From NCBI GenBank assembly GCA_036012125.1, contig DASCOS010000011.1, positions 68,125 to 132,124 on the forward strand: a DNA stretch of 64,000 nt, read 5' to 3'. The position numbers and the translations under genes were made by a program. The stretch is from Vicinamibacterales bacterium. GTDB lineage: Bacteria; Acidobacteriota; Vicinamibacteria; Vicinamibacterales; UBA823. The number at the start of each line of letters is the position of its first letter. Within the stretch, counting starts at the first letter, position 1. The notes below the pieces were generated by a model. The model had not been told where the DNA came from. It saw nothing but the letters and a program-made list of their open reading frames with translations, and did no database searches. This document shows, piece after piece, positions 62,587 through 64,000 of the stretch.

Positions 62587-63792
62587 GTGTTTAATCACCT
62601 TCACATCCATAACCGCGCTGAGCGATGGCTGGTCGGGGTCACGGACCTTGCCTTATCGGTGGGCGCTGTAGTCACACGTCGCTCGACGGCTATCCCTCAT
62701 CAACCCACTCGCATTCTCCTGCTTCGCCTGGAACGTATCGGCGACCTACTGATGACGCTACCTGCTCTCTTGAAGCTTCGCGCGGCGTTCCCAGCCACGA
62801 CCATCGATTTGGTGGTTGGAAGCTGGAACGCGTCACTGGCGCGATTGCTGACGGTGGTCGACCACGTTGAAACGGTCGATGCACCTTGGTTGGCCAGAGG
62901 ACATCAGGCAACCGACTATCTCAAGTTGACGCGTCAGGCTTCGCACTGGCGTACAGCTCAATATGACCTTGCCTGCAATTTCGAAGGGGACATCAGGTCA
63001 AATGCCCTGATGGCCCTTTGCGGAGCACCGCGCCGGGTAGGCTTTGATATTAAAGGTGGCGGAGCTTTCCTGACCGATCGCGCCATATACGACCGCCAAG
63101 CACACGTTGCAACAAATGCCTTGCGTCTGGTTGACACAATTCTGCCTCATTCCCAAGACAGTGGGGCCACTGATGATTCGTTACCTCTTCTCATTCCGGA
63201 ATCCGTGAGAACACAAGTCCAGGATGTGCTGAGGCAAATCGGTCAGCCGGCGATTGGCATTCATGCTAGCGGTGGACGCGCGATCAAACAGTGGGACCCA
63301 ACTCGGTTCGCCGAAGCCGCTACTAGGTTGGCCAGGTCACGGGGCGCGACCATCGTGCTCACCGGTTCTGCTGAAGACCGTGCAGAGGTGGACCGAGTAA
63401 AGACGGCGCTTCCCAGTGACCTCCCCGTTGCCGACCTTTCAGGCACGCTAGACCTTCCGCGCCTCGCGGTCATCCTTGAACATCTCTCGCTATTCATCAC
63501 CGGCGATACTGGTCCAATGCATCTTGCCGCTGCAATGGGAACCCCAATCGTTGCGGTCTTTGGTCCGTCGGACCCGACCAACTACGGCCCCTTGACATCC
63601 CGCAGTCGCGTCGTACGAGTTAACATCTGGTGTAGTCCCTGCAACCAGATCCGCCGCCCGCCGTCTCGGTGCGTCGGGCACGTGCCAGATTGTCTGGTCG
63701 GTGTCGAAGTGGATCGAGTAGTTGCAGCTGCCAACGACTTACTCACTGACCAAGGGGTGGAGTGGGCCAGGACGACCATGAAAAATAGGTAG
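62587..63792 (+). CDS. Glycosyltransferase family 9 (ADP-heptose:LPS heptosyltransferase-like)
   Basis: ILLLRLERIGDLLMTLPAL..., IHASGGRAIKQWDP, and TGDTGPMHLAAAMGTPIVAVFGPSDP are typical GT9 motifs. Start is uncertain (GTG 62587 or GTG 62659). Confidence 0.8.
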   Translation: MFNHLHIHNRAERWLVGVTDLALSVGAVVTRRSTAIPHQPTRILLLRLERIGDLLMTLPALLKLRAAFPATTIDLVVGSWNASLARLLTVVDHVETVDAPWLARGHQATDYLKLTRQASHWRTAQYDLACNFEGDIRSNALMALCGAPRRVGFDIKGGGAFLTDRAIYDRQAHVATNALRLVDTILPHSQDSGATDDSLPLLIPESVRTQVQDVLRQIGQPAIGIHASGGRAIKQWDPTRFAEAATRLARSRGATIVLTGSAEDRAEVDRVKTALPSDLPVADLSGTLDLPRLAVILEHLSLFITGDTGPMHLAAAMGTPIVAVFGPSDPTNYGPLTSRSRVVRVNIWCSPCNQIRRPPSRCVGHVPDCLVGVEVDRVVAAANDLLTDQGVEWARTTMKNR

Positions 63793-63806
63793 GCCGACGG
63801 GCACAG

Positions 63807-64000
63807 TCACCTGCTCGCCCTCAAAGAGGCACACTCTGCCAGCACTTCATCGTAATGCGACAATAAGCGCTCAGTAACGCTTGGCCAAGAAAAACACCGC
63901 TCGACGAGCGCCCGGCCAGCTTCACCCATCCTAGGAAGATGTTCCTCCAGGTGAAGAACCTCAGTTAAAGCATGCCCCAAGTCCGCAGCGTCCCCTGGCG
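63807..64000 (-). CDS. C-terminal fragment of a glycosyltransferase (GT4-like); gene continues beyond the window
   Basis: Not in the ORF track. The minus frame reads PGDAADLGHALTEVLHLEEHLPRMGEAGRALVERCFSWPSVTERLLSHYDEVLAECASLRASR, then TGA at 63807-63809. This is a typical GT4 C-terminal helix region. Confidence 0.6.
   Translation of the reverse strand, partial: PGDAADLGHALTEVLHLEEHLPRMGEAGRALVERCFSWPSVTERLLSHYDEVLAECASLRASR

Overview
This window is mostly core housekeeping genes from a Gram-negative-type bacterium of roughly mid-50s % GC by eye. I cannot place the phylum from sequence alone. Positions 1-40025 are a single block of genes all on the minus strand: the S10/spc ribosomal-protein cluster, rpsL-rpsG-fusA, rpoB-rpoC, rplKAJL, secE-nusG, a tRNA-tuf-rpmG operon, rlmB-gltX-ispDF-plsC-radA, dnaB, rpsF-rpsR-rplI, pth-ctc-prs-tRNA(Gln)-ispE, and a LolB-like lipoprotein plus a TPR protein. 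Positions 40-64 kb are more accessory. They hold ADP-heptose/LPS genes (waaL-like ligase, hldA-type kinase, gmhA, a GT9 heptosyltransferase), purH, a cold-shock gene with a structured leader, a lone selA, a complete Na+-NQR operon (nqrABCDEF-apbE-nqrM) directly behind gmhA, and a glycosylation cluster (two GT4, two GtrB/ArnC-like GT2, a methyltransferase, an 852-aa GT-C-like membrane protein). I found no CRISPR array, no mobile element, no rRNA and no recognisable defence system, so I cannot point to a clearly new multi-gene system. The most unusual items are a roughly 62-aa eight-cysteine zinc-ribbon-like insertion in RpoB, the nqr operon sitting inside the heptose locus under a promoter overlapped by a palindrome, a promoter-plus-terminator leader upstream of csp, and the glycosylation module. 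Three conserved genes absent from the ORF track were found by hand: rpsN (runs off the window edge), rpmG and a Trm112/YcaR-like gene (both under 60 aa). Several track starts are TTG/GTG artefacts and were trimmed.
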